From assembly GCF_006345805.1 (NCBI RefSeq), contig NC_043021.1, positions 16,988,001 to 17,052,000 on the forward strand: a stretch of DNA of 64,000 bases, read 5' to 3'. Under the pieces are notes generated by a model. It worked only from the letters and a program-made list of their open reading frames with translations. It searched no databases and was not told the DNA's origin. Source of the DNA: Octopus sinensis. Taxonomy: Eukaryota. Numbering within the stretch: position 1 is the first letter of the stretch; every line of letters starts with the position of its first letter. Positions 48,012 to 60,930 of the stretch are shown here, piece by piece. Made by a program: the position numbers and the translations under genes.

Positions 48012-48241
48012 GTAATTTGATAGAGATTTGACAGCTATTTCTATCAGCTGAGGCAACCACATTGGGATTCTACCATTGTTTGGTGTTTAGTTGCTACCAA
48101 AAATAACAGCAGCAACAGTCAGAACTTCCTTCAGTAGAGAGAGAGAAACGAAGAGGTTCACAGTAACATTTATTTGTATTTAATCCAAATCTCTCTCTCT
48201 TTTTTTTTTTTGTACATATTTTGTCTCATTTTTGCTTCCAG

Positions 48242-48362
48242 GGAATTTCCGCATTATCCCATTGCATTCATTGATGCCAACTGTAAACCAGAGAGAAGTG
48301 TTCAACCGACCCCCAGTAGGGGTTCGCAAGATTGTACTGGCTACAAACATCGCGGAGACAAG
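48242..48362 (+). CDS. DHX36: DHX36 coding exon 15 (motif V)
   Basis: (R)[39 protein letters not shown](S); phase 1 to 2. Confidence 0.97.
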
Positions 48363-49255
48363 GTAGGCAACACTCGCAACGGTGGTCCCTTGTTATTTGT
48401 AACTTGCCTTCAGTTTTTTTTAAAGCCTGCCAAATGAAGTGGAATCATGGCCATACTGGAGTCTACTTTGTCTTGTAAGGTAGGTTGGGGATCCTGTCAG
48501 TGTGGGTAAAACATGAAAAGTACCCGGAGAAGAATTGAGAGTTTGTGTAAGTATGGTGAAACATGTAATGAAATTTCGGTGTTTATATACCTGGTGTCAA
48601 GTCCTCATGGCAGTGCCGCGTGCGGTGTGGTGACCATGCGGTATCATGTAAAAATTAATTTTCCAACTTAATTTAGTTTTGTTCCATTTTGAAAAATAAA
48701 AATTTATTTGGTTTTATTATTGTTTATATTTTGAATTACATATATATGAGGACACCAAGATTTTTTAAGTGCTTAGGGCCCGAATGGGTCTTAATCTGAC
48801 CCTGGTGATCATGATCATCATCATTTAACGTCCGCTTTCCATGCTAGCATGGGTTGGACGATTTGACTGAGGTCTGGCGAACCAAACTCCAATCTGATCT
48901 GGCAGAGTTTCTACAGCTGGATGCCCTTCCTAACGCATCCACTCCAAGAGTGTAGTGGGTGCTTTTAGGTGCCACCGGCACGAGGGCCAGTTTGATGGTA
49001 CTGGCAACAGCCATGCCCACATGGTGCTTTTTATGTCCCACCTGCACAGGAGCCAGTCCAGCGGCACTGGCGACGACCTCGCTCGAATGTTATGATGTTC
49101 TCAAATAATACAACCCATGCCAGCATGGAAAAAAGGGTGATAAATGGTGAGGATATTAGATATCAAAATCTTTTCCTTGTATTCTTCTGTGTATAAGAAA
49201 TAAGTAAAGAAACCCCAAGCCATCTTCTCTTTTGTTCCTCTCTTTTATTCTTCAG

Positions 49256-49399
49256 TATTACTATTGATGATGTTGTCTACGTCATCGATTGCGGAAAAAT
49301 CAAGGTGAAACATTTTGAACCAGAGAAAAACTTAACATCGCTTGAACCGCAACTGGTGTCCAAAGCAAATGCTAAACAGCGCCGTGGACGAGCAGGCAG
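49256..49399 (+). CDS. DHX36: DHX36 coding exon 16 (motif VI)
   Basis: [47 protein letters not shown](R); phase 2 to 2. Confidence 0.97.
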
Positions 49400-50563
49400 G
49401 TAAGTCGAGGTTTCTTGCATTATTATAAATATGTTTCTTTATTACCCACAAGGGGCTAAACATAAAGGGGACAAACGAGGACAGACAAACGAATTAAGTC
49501 GATTACATCGACCCCAGTGTGTAACTGGTACTTAATTTATCAACCTCGAAAGGATGAAAGGCAAAGTCGACCTCGACGGAATTTGAACCCAGAATGTAAT
49601 GGCAGATGAAATGCGTAGCCGTATTTCGTCCGGTGTGCTACCGTTTCTGCCAATAATAATTATGATAATGAGGACACACGGCTTAGTGGTTAAGGTGTTG
49701 CACTCACGATCTAGCGATGGTGATTTCAATTCCTAGACTGGGTGGCGCATTGTAGTTCTTGAGCAAAACTCTTAATCTCGCGTTGCTCTGTGATCACATC
49801 GACACCTGATGCATGGCACATCGTGCCTCTGTTCAGGCAAGTTTGATTTGATGGCGAGAGTGAGGTAACGTGCCGCACGACCACTTGATTGCTACAAACC
49901 AATCCTTTGTCCCGGTCGTTCGGTAAAAGCTTGAAAGGCTCCTAAGTCAGCTTCAACAGGAGGATCTGTCATCATCGTCATTGCCGCCACCAACGCCACT
50001 GCTGTGCTGCTGCTGCTGTTTTGTCTTGCATCCTTTCAGGGTGGATTAAACAAACACCAGTCAAGTACCGGAATTGATATAAATGACTAGCACCCCCACC
50101 TCCCAAAATCTCGGACCTTTGTATCTATAGTAGAAAGGATTATCATTAAAACGGTAAACCAGCAATGTTATCATGTTGGCCAAAGTGCTTAGCAGTATTT
50201 CTTCCGGATCTGTATGTAATGAGTTCAAATCCCTCTCAGGTCAACTTTACATTTCATCCCCTCGAGGTTGAACTCATTTTGTTTTTTTATTGTCCCCTAC
50301 TCTAAATGAAGGTTTATCTTTCATCTCCTTCATACCATGTATACTACACACAAGCCCTTAAAATTCCCTTGGGTCTTAAGAAGCTGTATTGTATCTAAAA
50401 GTTGTTTATCGGGTGTCGATCACAGAAAATGTAGAAATGTTTTGTTGTTCTTTTTTTTTTTTGTGGTGGGCGTGGTGTTTTTATGCTACATGTCGGTCCG
50501 TTTGAACAATTATTGATTGTAGAATTTTCCCTTGTTTTCTGTTTTTCTTGGTTCCACTGGAAG

Positions 50564-50681
50564 AGTGCAGCCAGGTGAGTGTTATCACCTGTATTCCTCA
50601 TTTACTGAGACAACACTGGATGACTATCTCTTACCTGAAATGTTGAGAACACGGCTAGAGGAACTCTGCTTACAAATTAAG
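50564..50681 (+). CDS. DHX36: DHX36 coding exon 17
   Basis: VQPGECYHLYSSFTETTLDDYLLPEMLRTRLEELCLQIK; AAG acceptor; phase 2 to 0. Confidence 0.95.
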
Positions 50682-51973
50682 GTAAGACATGTAAAAGTGT
50701 AATCTAGCTTTGGATTTTAGATTAACGAAGCAAAATTGTTGAGCAGATAAGGTTGGGGAATTAAGTTCCACTGTTTTGGCCAGGATTCTATGGCTCTAAA
50801 TGAACTCTGCTCACAAATTAACTCCTTTGATACCAACCTACTTGAGACTATCCCTGGTCAGTGGTCTTAATTGAAACCTTCCATCAAAAGATATTTACTC
50901 TTTACTCTTTTACTTGTTTCAGTCATTTGACTGTGGCCATGCTGGAGCACCTCCTTTAGTTGAGCAAATCGACCCCAGGACTTATTCTTTGTAAGCCTAG
51001 TACTTATTCTATTGGTCTCTTTTGCCGAACCACTTAGTTACAGGGTCGTAAACACACCAGCATCAGTTGTCAAGCGATGTTGGGGGGACAAGCACAAACA
51101 CACAAGCATATACACACACATACATATTTATTTACATATATACGACGAGCTTCTTTCAGTTTCCTTCTACCAAATCCACTCACAAGGCTTTGGTCAGCCC
51201 AGGCTATAGTAGAAGACACTTGCCCAAGGTGTCATGCAGTGGGAATGAACCTGGAACTATGTGGTAGGTAAGCAAGCTACTTACCACACAGCCACTCCTG
51301 CGCCTTACCACACAGCCACTTTAATTTATGTTCCAAATACCAGTTCAACCATTTAGCATTTAAACCTGTTGTATCTGGCCCAAGCATGATCCCTGGTTTT
51401 ATGTTCTAACCAGCCAGATCCAGCCTCTCACACTTGTCCTTCAATGCCATTATAGAATATACAATTGCATCAACAAAATTTCGAAGCTAAGAGATAAAAT
51501 ATGATTTATTAAGAATAATGTGAATAAAAAGATTTTACATTTTACAGAATAATCTGAATGCCAAAGGGTCGATAATGGTAGTTATAATAGTAAATTCTTC
51601 ATTATTTTAAAAATTAATTGAAATGAAGGCTGTTAGACGAAAGCAGAGCAAACAGGAAACTAAACAAAACTTAACGGATGGGAAAGACATGATACACAGA
51701 ATATTCACAGCTGAGTTTTCCTTGTCAGTCAATGAGCCAAAATATCATAGTGGTTTCACACTATTATCATTGAAACCACTCAATCTTGGAGGTGCTAGTG
51801 TTATTAAGCTACTGGGAAAAAGCTAGCGAATGTATAGTGAACAGAAACAAACAAGACATATAAATACAACAGATGAAGAATTATGCATATATAACAACAT
51901 GAAGCCTTATGGCTATATAGAACAGAAGAGAAAAATAATAATAATTATACATATACCACAAATACAACAGAAA

Positions 51974-52440
51974 GAGCTTTGGTCACCTAGGTAACAGAGG
52001 CTATCAACTACTTCTAGTTTTTCCCCTGACATGTGACAGAAACTGTCATTGTTTATTGCCCCTGAACATTTGCCACGCACGAAAACAATCTTCTCAGTTA
52101 ACCTTCCTTCTATATTGCTGCACTTCTTATGTGTCCGTAGCTTACACCGAGTACATCTTGTGGATTTTCTACAGATCAAGCAGGGCTATCTACATGAAGG
52201 GATTTGCGATTTGTCTGCCTTCCTACTTACTAAGACTTTAGTTTTTGCTAGATTGACTCTAAGGCCCTTCAATTCTAGACCTTGCTTCCACACCTGAAAT
52301 TTCTCCTCTAGTTCTGATAGTGATTCAGCTATCAGAGCAAAGTCATCAGCATAGAGAAGCTCCCAGGGGCATCCTGTCTTGAATTCCTGTTATTGCCTGG
52401 AGGACTATGATGAATAAGAGGGGTCTGAGAACTAAAATAA
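51974..52440 (-). mobile_element. LINE reverse-transcriptase fragment (RTE/RTEX-like), degenerate
   Basis: SPLLFIIVLQAI...GCPWELLYADDFALIAES...GLRVNLAKTKVL...Cys-rich segment...LEVVDSLCYLGD; contains an in-frame stop. Confidence 0.88.
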
Positions 52441-52596
52441 AGCACCAGCCAAGTACTAGGGATGTCAATGGTATCAACTAACCCCTAATCCCCTTGCCTC
52501 AATACTGCTGGCCTTGAGCCAAAATTTGAAACCATTAATATATTATTGTTGTTGTTGTTGTTGTTATAATTATTTTTATTATTATCTCTTTGTCAG

Positions 52597-52695
52597 TTAT
52601 TGAAGTTGGGAAAAATTATTCCATTTGTGGAGAAAGCGATCCAGACTCCGTCATTACAAGCATTAAACTCAGCCATCAAAATCTTACAAGACCTG
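52597..52695 (+). CDS. DHX36: DHX36 coding exon 18 (winged-helix/HA2 start)
   Basis: LLKLGKIIPFVEKAIQTPSLQALNSAIKILQDL; phase 0 to 0. Confidence 0.94.
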
Positions 52696-52957
52696 GTAAG
52701 TTGCTGTAGTTCAAACCTTTATCATCATCATCATCATCATCACCATCTCTCTCTCTCTCTATTTTACTTCCTTTTTTATTTGAAACAATATAGGCGCAGG
52801 AGTGGCTGTTTGGTAAGTAGCTTGATAACCAACCACATGGTTCCGGGTTCAGTCCCACTGCGTGGCATCTTGGGCAAGTGTCTTCTGCTATAGCCCCGGG
52901 CCGACCAATGCCTTGTGAGTGGATTTGGTAGATGGAAACTGAAAGAAGCCTGTCGTA

Positions 52958-53018
<61 letters not shown>

Positions 53019-53566
53019 TTGTGTTTGTCCCCCTAGCATTGCTTGACAACCGATGCTGGTGTGTTTACGTCCCCGTCACTTAGCGGTTCGGCAAAAGAGA
53101 CCGATAGAATAAGTACTGGGCTTACAAAGAATAAGTCCCGGGGTCGATTTGCTTGACTAAAGGCGGTGCTCCAGCATGGCCGCAGTCAAATGACTGAAAC
53201 AAGTAAAAAGAGAAAAAGAGTAATCAGTTTGGTTCACATTCCCACCCAGCACCACCACCCTTTCTCTTTCCCTTCTATTTGCTCCCTTCCCTCAACCAGG
53301 GCCTGCATGGCACTTAGGGGACCACATAAGATTTTGTTGTTAGAATTTATGTGCAATAAATAGATTAAGTCAATAAAAGCTGATTGGACCCAGTGAAACT
53401 AACCCAACCCATGCCAGCATGGAAAAAAGATAGATGATGATGATGATGGTAACGATGATAGTAGTAATGATGATGATGATGAGAGTGACTGATGGTGATG
53501 GTGATGGTGGTGATATGCATTTTTTTTTAAGCTACTTTTATTGCATAATGTTGTTTTATTTTGTAG

Positions 53567-53740
53567 AATGCTCTCGACCAGGATGAAAACCTCCTCCCAC
53601 TGGGCAAACACTTGGCCCGCATGCCTGTCGACCCACATTCCGGCAAGATGATCCTGTTTGGTGCCATGTTTTGTTGCCTTGACCCCATCCTCACAGTTGC
53701 TGCCAGCTTGAGCTTTAAAGATGCTTTTGTTATCCCCTTG
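53567..53740 (+). CDS. DHX36: DHX36 coding exon 19 (HA2)
   Basis: [58 protein letters not shown]; phase 0 to 0. Confidence 0.97.
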
Positions 53741-54120
53741 GTAAGTCGATCTATATTATCCTGTGGCTGACCCAGCCATTGTTATCCCACTGATAAACCC
53801 ATCGAAATTTGTGGGCCTGTGTCAGTGTCTCACTTTGTGTGGCTTCAGGTTCAATTCTACTGTACAGCACCTCAGGCATCTATGATTTACTATGGCCCTG
53901 AGCTGACCAAAGCCTTTGGTACATGGAAACTGTGTGGAAGCCTACTGTATTTGTGTGTGTGTGTGTGTGTGTGTGTGGATATATTTATTTATGCGAACCA
54001 CCATCTTCAGTACTGTTCTCCTCTTCTGGTAAATTATTTGGTAACCTCACTGGTGCTGGTGCCACATAAAGAGCACCCAGTACACTCTGTAAAGTGGTTG
54101 GCGTTAAGAAGGACATCCAG

Positions 54121-54371
54121 GACATAACAACAGGTGTCTTTCGACTAAGGGTGAATTGAATTAAGCTGGCGCGTGTGGAAATGAAGCTTTACGGCAGGGG
54201 TACAAGAATTTCACAAAAACAAGGAGGAATATCGATGTTGCACAGACAATGGTCAGACCAAGAAAGAAAACAGGCTAGGCTGACTGGCGGTCACATGGAA
54301 AGAGAAGTAGAAGCAGAAGGACAGAGCTTAATTTAATTCATCCTTAGTCGAAAGACACCTGTTGTTATGTC
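54121..54371. mobile_element. MITE-like element with ~47-bp TIRs
   Basis: GACATAACAACAGGTGTCTTTCGACTAAGG(G/A)TGAATT(G/A)AATTAAGCT, inverted at both ends with 2 mismatches. Confidence 0.75.
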
Positions 54372-54702
54372 CTGTTATTATTTTTATTGTATTTATATTT
54401 GTGTAACATTGTCCGTTTTTTCCGTCCTTGTTTTTGTATACATTTGCTGCTTTCTTCCAAGGATTCTAATGCTCTTTGCCTAGTTTTTCCTTGGGACTGG
54501 CCAGATTGGAGCAATCTCAAGAATAATTAGCCGAAATTGCGAGGATAATCTGGTTCTTGACTGAAGATAAAAGGCTTCGAATGACCCGTCCTTGTTTTCT
54601 TTGTATTGTCTTTCTGGATGTTTTGTTGTCTCTTTTTGTATCACCTAGCTGTCTGGATGTTTTGCGTTCTTGTCCCATTTTGTATTTTATATATAAATAT
54701 AT

Positions 54703-54768
<66 letters not shown>

Positions 54769-54769
<1 letters not shown>

Positions 54770-55081
54770 CTTATAAATAAGGGCAAACGAAAAAATTTCT
54801 AATGCCAAGTATGCCAAAAATTGGACATATTCTTCTTCCATGGGTATGAGTTAGTATCTCATTTATTTCTTTGCCACATTTATCACTGGCGAAGGGAGGG
54901 TTCTCACGAACTAACCCTGAAATCAGTCTGATATGGTAATAATGGAATTTTTTTAGAAGTTTCTGTCGGCTTTTTTTCGAGTAGCATGCGTATTGTGAAA
55001 AATTATATGGTAATGGACAATATGTCCAATTTTCGGCATATTTGGCATTAAAAATTTTTTCGTTTGCCCTTATTTATAAGT
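54769..55081. mobile_element. MITE-like element with ~62-bp TIRs next to a (TA)n tract
   Basis: ACTTATAAATAAGGGCAAACGAAAAAATTT...AATTGGACATAT, inverted at 55020-55081 with about 3 mismatches. Confidence 0.75.
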
Positions 55082-55413
55082 TGTTTATAATTTTAACCTT
55101 TAAAGGTACTTTTTAATATGCTGGCCATTGATAAAAATTTTTTTCAAAAAAAAAAAGTTTTATCCTACATTAAATATATATATATATATTTCTACATGTA
55201 TGTGACAGGCTTCTTTCAGTTTCCATCTATCAAATCCACTCGCAAGACTTTGGTTGGCCCGAGGCTATAGTAGAAGACACTTGCCCATGGTTCCATGCAG
55301 TGGAACTGAACCCAGGACCACGTGGTTGGGAAGCAAGCTAGTTACCACACAGCCACATCTATGTTTTCTAATATGTTTGTGTATTTATATCTATTTGTTT
55401 TTTTTTTTATTAG

Positions 55414-55500
55414 GGAAAGGAGAAAGCAGCGGATCAACAGCGGAAGATGTTGGCTGAAGGAAGCAAGAGCGACCACATTATGTTAATTAATGCATACAAG
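55414..55500 (+). CDS. DHX36: DHX36 coding exon 20
   Basis: GKEKAADQQRKMLAEGSKSDHIMLINAYK; phase 0 to 0. Confidence 0.96.
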
Positions 55501-58211
55501 GTAACATTGTGTGTGTGTGTGTATGTGTGTGGTATAGAAGAATGGTGAAGATGTTAGGGGCTATAACAAAAGTAGGGTTGCATACTTTAGAGTTATTTGT
55601 CTTGTTAGGGTATATCCAGCATTTGTTGCTATCTGCTCAAGGATTGTTCCCCTAAGATGAGGCAGTGTTAAACCAGGCTAACGTGTGTGTGTGTGTGCGG
55701 CAGTGCTCCAGCATGGCTGTGGTCCTGTGACTGAAGCATATGTGCTTGCATGGTTCAGATGGAATTTATTGAGGCAGATTTTCTTATGGCTGGATGCCCT
55801 TTTTGTTGCCAACCCTCACTCGTTTCCAAGCAACCACAATGGCCAGACATGTTTTCATGGAAGATTGGAAATGAATAACATGACTGGGGGGATCACATTT
55901 ATTAACAAATATCATTTGGAAGGGCATCCAGCTGTAATAGCCAAGCCAAAGCTGACCCCGACTGTATTGGTATCATGTAAAAAGCTCTCAATCCACTCAG
56001 TAAGGTGGTTGGTGTTAGGAAGGGCATCCAGCCGTAAAAGCCCTGCCAAAACAGACATAGAAACCTGTAGTATCTAACCAGCATGGAAGGTGGACGTTAA
56101 ATGATGATGATGATGAGGAGGAGGAGGTAGATTGATAGATGGACAGATGAATAGATTGATAAAAAGATAGATGGACAGACAGACGGACACACGCACAAGC
56201 ACATGATAGGTTTCTTTCAGTTTCCATCATAGCTACTGGATCAGATCCGACCAGGGGCTAAAGAAATTATCAACAACGACTTTTTCTCCTGGTTGCTTGA
56301 CCTGGTAGAAATAGCAACCAAATCTTGTTCAAATTACACTCTATCATGTTTTTTGTTTTTTTCAAATTCATTTGATGAGTGTGTCAGAGGAATCAATCAG
56401 TTGATCAGTGTGTAGAAAGAAATAATCAATAATCTATCATCATCATCATCGTTTAACATCTGCTTTCCATGCTAACATGGGTTGGATGATTTGACCAGAG
56501 GATCGATATGTAAGTTGCCAACCCTTCGACCCTGGAACTGGAAACTAAACCAACTCCACCACTAGATTAGCTTACTATTTTTGTGAAGAGGTTGTCTGGG
56601 TACCCAGCAGGGCTAAAGACAAGACTTTTTGAAGGATGGATGAGCTTCTTATGGACCAATGGCCATCCAGTTGAGAAAGGCAATGGCAAGCCACCCCAAT
56701 ATCTCTGCCCAGAAAACACTATGAGAAAGTCTAAAGAAAGCAACACAATGGTTTCATCCGATGGGAGAACTCACATTTAATTGGGAAGGCTTCCGTTGTA
56801 GTGTCATATAGCATCAGGTATCACCATCATCATCATCATCATCATCATTTAACGTCTGCTTTCCATGCTGGCATGGGTTGGATAGTTTGACAAGAGCTGG
56901 CCACGCAGGAGACCTCGGTGTCGGTTTTGGCATGGTTATCACAGCTGGATGCCCTTCCAAACACTGACCACCTGGCAGAGTAAACAGAGCATCTTTTTTA
57001 CCTGGCACCAGCACAGGTGGTAAAAAAACCAACAAAAATACTATATAAGCATAGAATACATGATGACGATGACACAAGGACTAGGTGATGGTTTTGAACC
57101 AGACAACTGGGTAACTTATTTAGTCTGTCACCCAATAAACTGGTGTGACCCATCCATCAGGCTTCCATACAGTTTCCATCCAATCATTTTTTTGTCTTTG
57201 TTTTACTTGTCTCAGTTATTAGAATGTGGCCATGCTGGGGCACCACTTTGTACAATATTCAGTTGAATAACCTGACCTCAATACCATTTTTTTTCTCAAG
57301 CCTGGTACCTATTCTATCATTCCCTTTTTGCTGAACCACTAAGTTACAGGACAACACTGGTTGTTAAGCAGTAATGAGGAACAAATTGTCATGCACACAC
57401 ACATACACACACTTTGCACATATATACAATAGGCTTCTTTTTAGTTTCCATCTACCACTTATAAGGCTTTGGTCGGCCCGAGGCTATAGTAGAAGACACT
57501 TGACTTAAGATGCCATGCAGTGGGACTGAACCTGGAACCATGTGGTTGGGAAGCCATGCATGCACCTGTTTTGCTCACAAGGCTTTTGTGAACTTGAGGT
57601 TGTGGTAGAGAAAACACTTGCTCAAGGTTCCGTGTGTTAGGATTGAACCTGACACTACGCGGTTACAAATCAAACTTGTTAAACAACAACAGCTGTTCTC
57701 TGCTTCCAAAGCAGCAGAAGATATTGATCGATTGATTGATTTGTGTGTGGGAGGAAATCGCCAATCAGTTGATCTGTGCGTAAGAGGAAGTCAGGAAATA
57801 GGAAGAAAGAATTTCTTGCCAAAATGAAAGAAAAAAGAAGAAAAATATTTCTTATACTTTTCAAAAGAACAAAAAAAGAAGTTTTCTCCCTTACAACCCC
57901 CCCTCCTTCTTCCTCCTTGCTGACCACGTACTTTGTTTGTGTCCAAGACTGACCGATTTTTCAATCAAGAATCACAGGAAATTACCAAATCTAATCTTTA
58001 ATCAGATGTTGTTGTTGTTGTTGTTGTCATTGTGCAACCCTAACCCTATCCCTTCCAGTTGGCCCTGGTCGAAGAAGGCGGCCAATTAGCGGATGTGAGA
58101 ACGTCTGATAGATTACTCGATGCTAATCATTCCGGCTAATGCTCTCCAAGTTCAAATCTTACTGAGGCCAACTTTGTCTTTCACCCCTCCAGGGTTAATA
58201 AATAAAATACC

Positions 58212-58448
58212 TATTTCTTTACTACCCACAAGGGGCTAGCTAAACACAGAGAGGACAAACAAGGACCAACAAACGGATTAAGTCTATTATATCGACCCCA
58301 GTGCGTAACTGGTACTTATTTAATGGACCCCGAAAGGATGAAAGGCAAAGTCGACCTCGGCGGAATTTGAACTCAGAACGTAGTGGCAAACGAAATACCA
58401 CTAAGCATTTCACCTGACGTGCTAACGTTTCTGCCAGCTCACCGCCTT
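58212..58448 (-). mobile_element. Full-length family-B SINE inserted in an older family-B copy
   Basis: Exact 24-bp TSD TCCAGGGTTAATAAATAAAATACC (58188-58211, 58449-58472). Confidence 0.88.
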
Positions 58449-58671
58449 TCCAGGGTTAATAAATAAAATACCAGGCCCATACTGGGGGTCGTTTCTTCCC
58501 TTTCTCTGTATGTATGTCTATCTTTCTCTCCCCCTCTCTCTCTCCAGAAGAATTTGACTGTAGTTAGACCTGGAGAGGAAGGGGCCCTGTTAAGTCTAAC
58601 AGTGCCCAAGAAACGCCATTTGCTGTGAGGTGTTCCTCCTATGTCACCATCAAGGTGTTGAGGATCCAAGA

Positions 58672-58900
58672 CAATCATCATCATTCATCATTGTTCGACC
58701 GTGGTCGAGACAATAGAATTTACTATGTTACGCCAGACTTCACGGTCCATCATAGCATTACGGAGGTCCTGTTGCTGGATGCCTGTATCCCTGGAGATTA
58801 CATCAGGGTAGGAGAGTGTGCGCCCTCTGGTATTGCGAGTAGATGGCTTCCAGAGGAGAAGAGTAGAAATTACTTCTTTTCCAAGACAAGGGTGAACAAG
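58672..58900 (-). mobile_element. RTE-clade LINE 3' end with (TGA)n tail
   Basis: Minus strand reads KEVISTLLLWKPSTRNTRGRTLSYPDVISRDTGIQQQDLRNAMMDREVWRNIVNSI, then TGATGAATGATGATG. Confidence 0.8.
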
Positions 58901-59804
58901 ATCAATTACTCACAGGTTATCAATGAACCCATTAGACGAACAAGCTATACAGATCTATCACTAATCACCTCAGATCTGGCAGCTGTGTCACTGCCTCATT
59001 CACTGAGCACTGCAGCACATTTTGCTTTGCCTTGCCTTGTCTTCTACAAAAAAGCCCGTCCTTGTGGTATGGTGGTCTCTCTGCTTCTATGACCAGTTAT
59101 AGGGAAACTGCAGGCTGCATGTGGCCCATGGAAATTTCTGGGTGGCACATCCAATGAAAATATTACCTTGGAAGTTTTTAATAAGTGTGTCTCATCTGTT
59201 GAAGAGCCATGACTCATATGGCCTGCTTCTCAAAAAGGAAGGCCTGTATATGCTCCATGACCCTTAGAACTTTGCCAGCAGTGCACAAGCTCTTTGTAAG
59301 GCCTTCTTTGATGGACCGGTGAAAGAACTGAGGCCACACTAATATTGGCCACCTCTTCCTAAACGTAAAATTGGTTTTGTGCTGGGCTAACAGCCCTATC
59401 TAGGAAAAAATTCAGAAGCATTGATGCCAATTCAAAACCTACAAAACCTGGGAGAGAAAAGCCCTCTGTCAGGGACAGTCCAGGGTTGAGAACAATGGAG
59501 AAGAGTTGTCGATGGCCTGTGCACCATAGGGAGCAAAAGGCTTAAGTATGTAAAACCCTTTGTCTTGGGTCCTCAATTCCTGAGGAAGTTATAGGAGTAC
59601 TGCTGTGACATATGGCATGTCTTGGACATTCTTAGACCCAGTGGAACCCAACAAGTTCCTCTGTAGTTTCCTTCAGGAATAGAGATGTGGAGCAGTGGTT
59701 GCGAGGAATAATTATTACCTTATTACTTGAAGAGATAATCAGACACAAATATGAAATGAGAGAGTTAACTAGAGGTGATTGGTATGTTATTTCTTCTGTT
59801 TCAG

Positions 59805-59882
59805 GGTTGGAGAAAGTCTGTGGCTGGACGTTATGATTATTCCTACTGTCACCAGAACTTTCTCTCTTCCAACACACTTAAG
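59805..59882 (+). CDS. DHX36: DHX36 coding exon 21
   Basis: GWRKSVAGRYDYSYCHQNFLSSNTLK; phase 0 to 0. Confidence 0.94.
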
Positions 59883-59894
59883 GTAAGAACTCTT

Positions 59895-60011
59895 TATTAT
59901 TATAATTATTACTATTATTATTACTATTATTATTATTACTATTATTATTATTATTACTATTATTATTATTATTATTACCATTATTATTATTATCATTATT
60001 ATTATTATTAC

Positions 60012-60043
<32 letters not shown>

Positions 60044-60073
60044 TATTATTATTATTATTATTATTATTACTAC

Positions 60074-60109
<36 letters not shown>

Positions 60110-60135
60110 TATTATCATTATTATTATTATTATTT
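59895..60135. repeat. (ATT/ACT)n microsatellite
   Basis: Seen directly, starting about 12 nt after the exon 21 donor. Confidence 0.95.
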
Positions 60136-60830
60136 TTATGAAGGTGGTGAGCTGGCAGAATTGTTAGCATGCTGAACGAAATGCTTCGCGGTATTTCAGC
60201 TGTTGCTACGTTCTGAGTTCAAATTCTGCTGAGGTCGACTTTGCCTTTCATCCTTTCGGGGTTGATTAAATAAGTACCAGTTATGCACTGGGGTCGATGT
60301 AATCGACTTAGTCTATTTCCCCAGGCCTTCTGCCTACAGTAGAATGGATTATTATTATTATTAAGGTGGCGAGCTGGCAGAATCGTTAGCATGCTGGGCA
60401 AAATGCTTGTCTGTCCTTATGCTCCGAGTTCAAATTCCACTGACGTCGATGAAATAAGTACCAGTTGAGTTCTGGGGTTGATGTAACAGACTTCACCCCA
60501 ACCTCTGAAATTGCTGAGTGAACAATTAAGCCTGTCTTGTTCTATCTAGGAGTACATCACCTAACAACTCCTTCCTTCTTTGAAAGACACTATGGTGTAG
60601 ATTTGGCTGCTATTTCTAACATATCAAACAACCTTGGAAAGGGTCAGTATTGTCACCGGATGCTGTTTCATTTTCATAACACTTATAAGATGCAACCTGA
60701 GGGACATGTAGCTGCTATATCTAGCAGGTCAAGCTACCTTGTAGAAGCCACCAGTTTCTTTGTTGAGCTTCTTTTTTTTGTCCTTTTGATGTAGTGTTTT
60801 ATTTATTTTTCTTGTTTCTTTTATTTTTAG

Positions 60831-60930
60831 CTGCTGAAAGAGATGAAGGGTCAGTTTGCATCCCTGATCCACCAACTTGGCTTCATATCACAACCAAATC
60901 CATCAGAGAGAAATGCTAACAAAAATTCTG
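60831..60930 (+). CDS. DHX36: DHX36 coding exon 22
   Basis: LLKEMKGQFASLIHQLGFISQPNPSERNANKNS; phase 0 to 1. Confidence 0.95.

Noticed and set aside
58625-59092. 155-aa plus-strand ORF
   Set aside because: Largely the antisense of an RTE 3' end.
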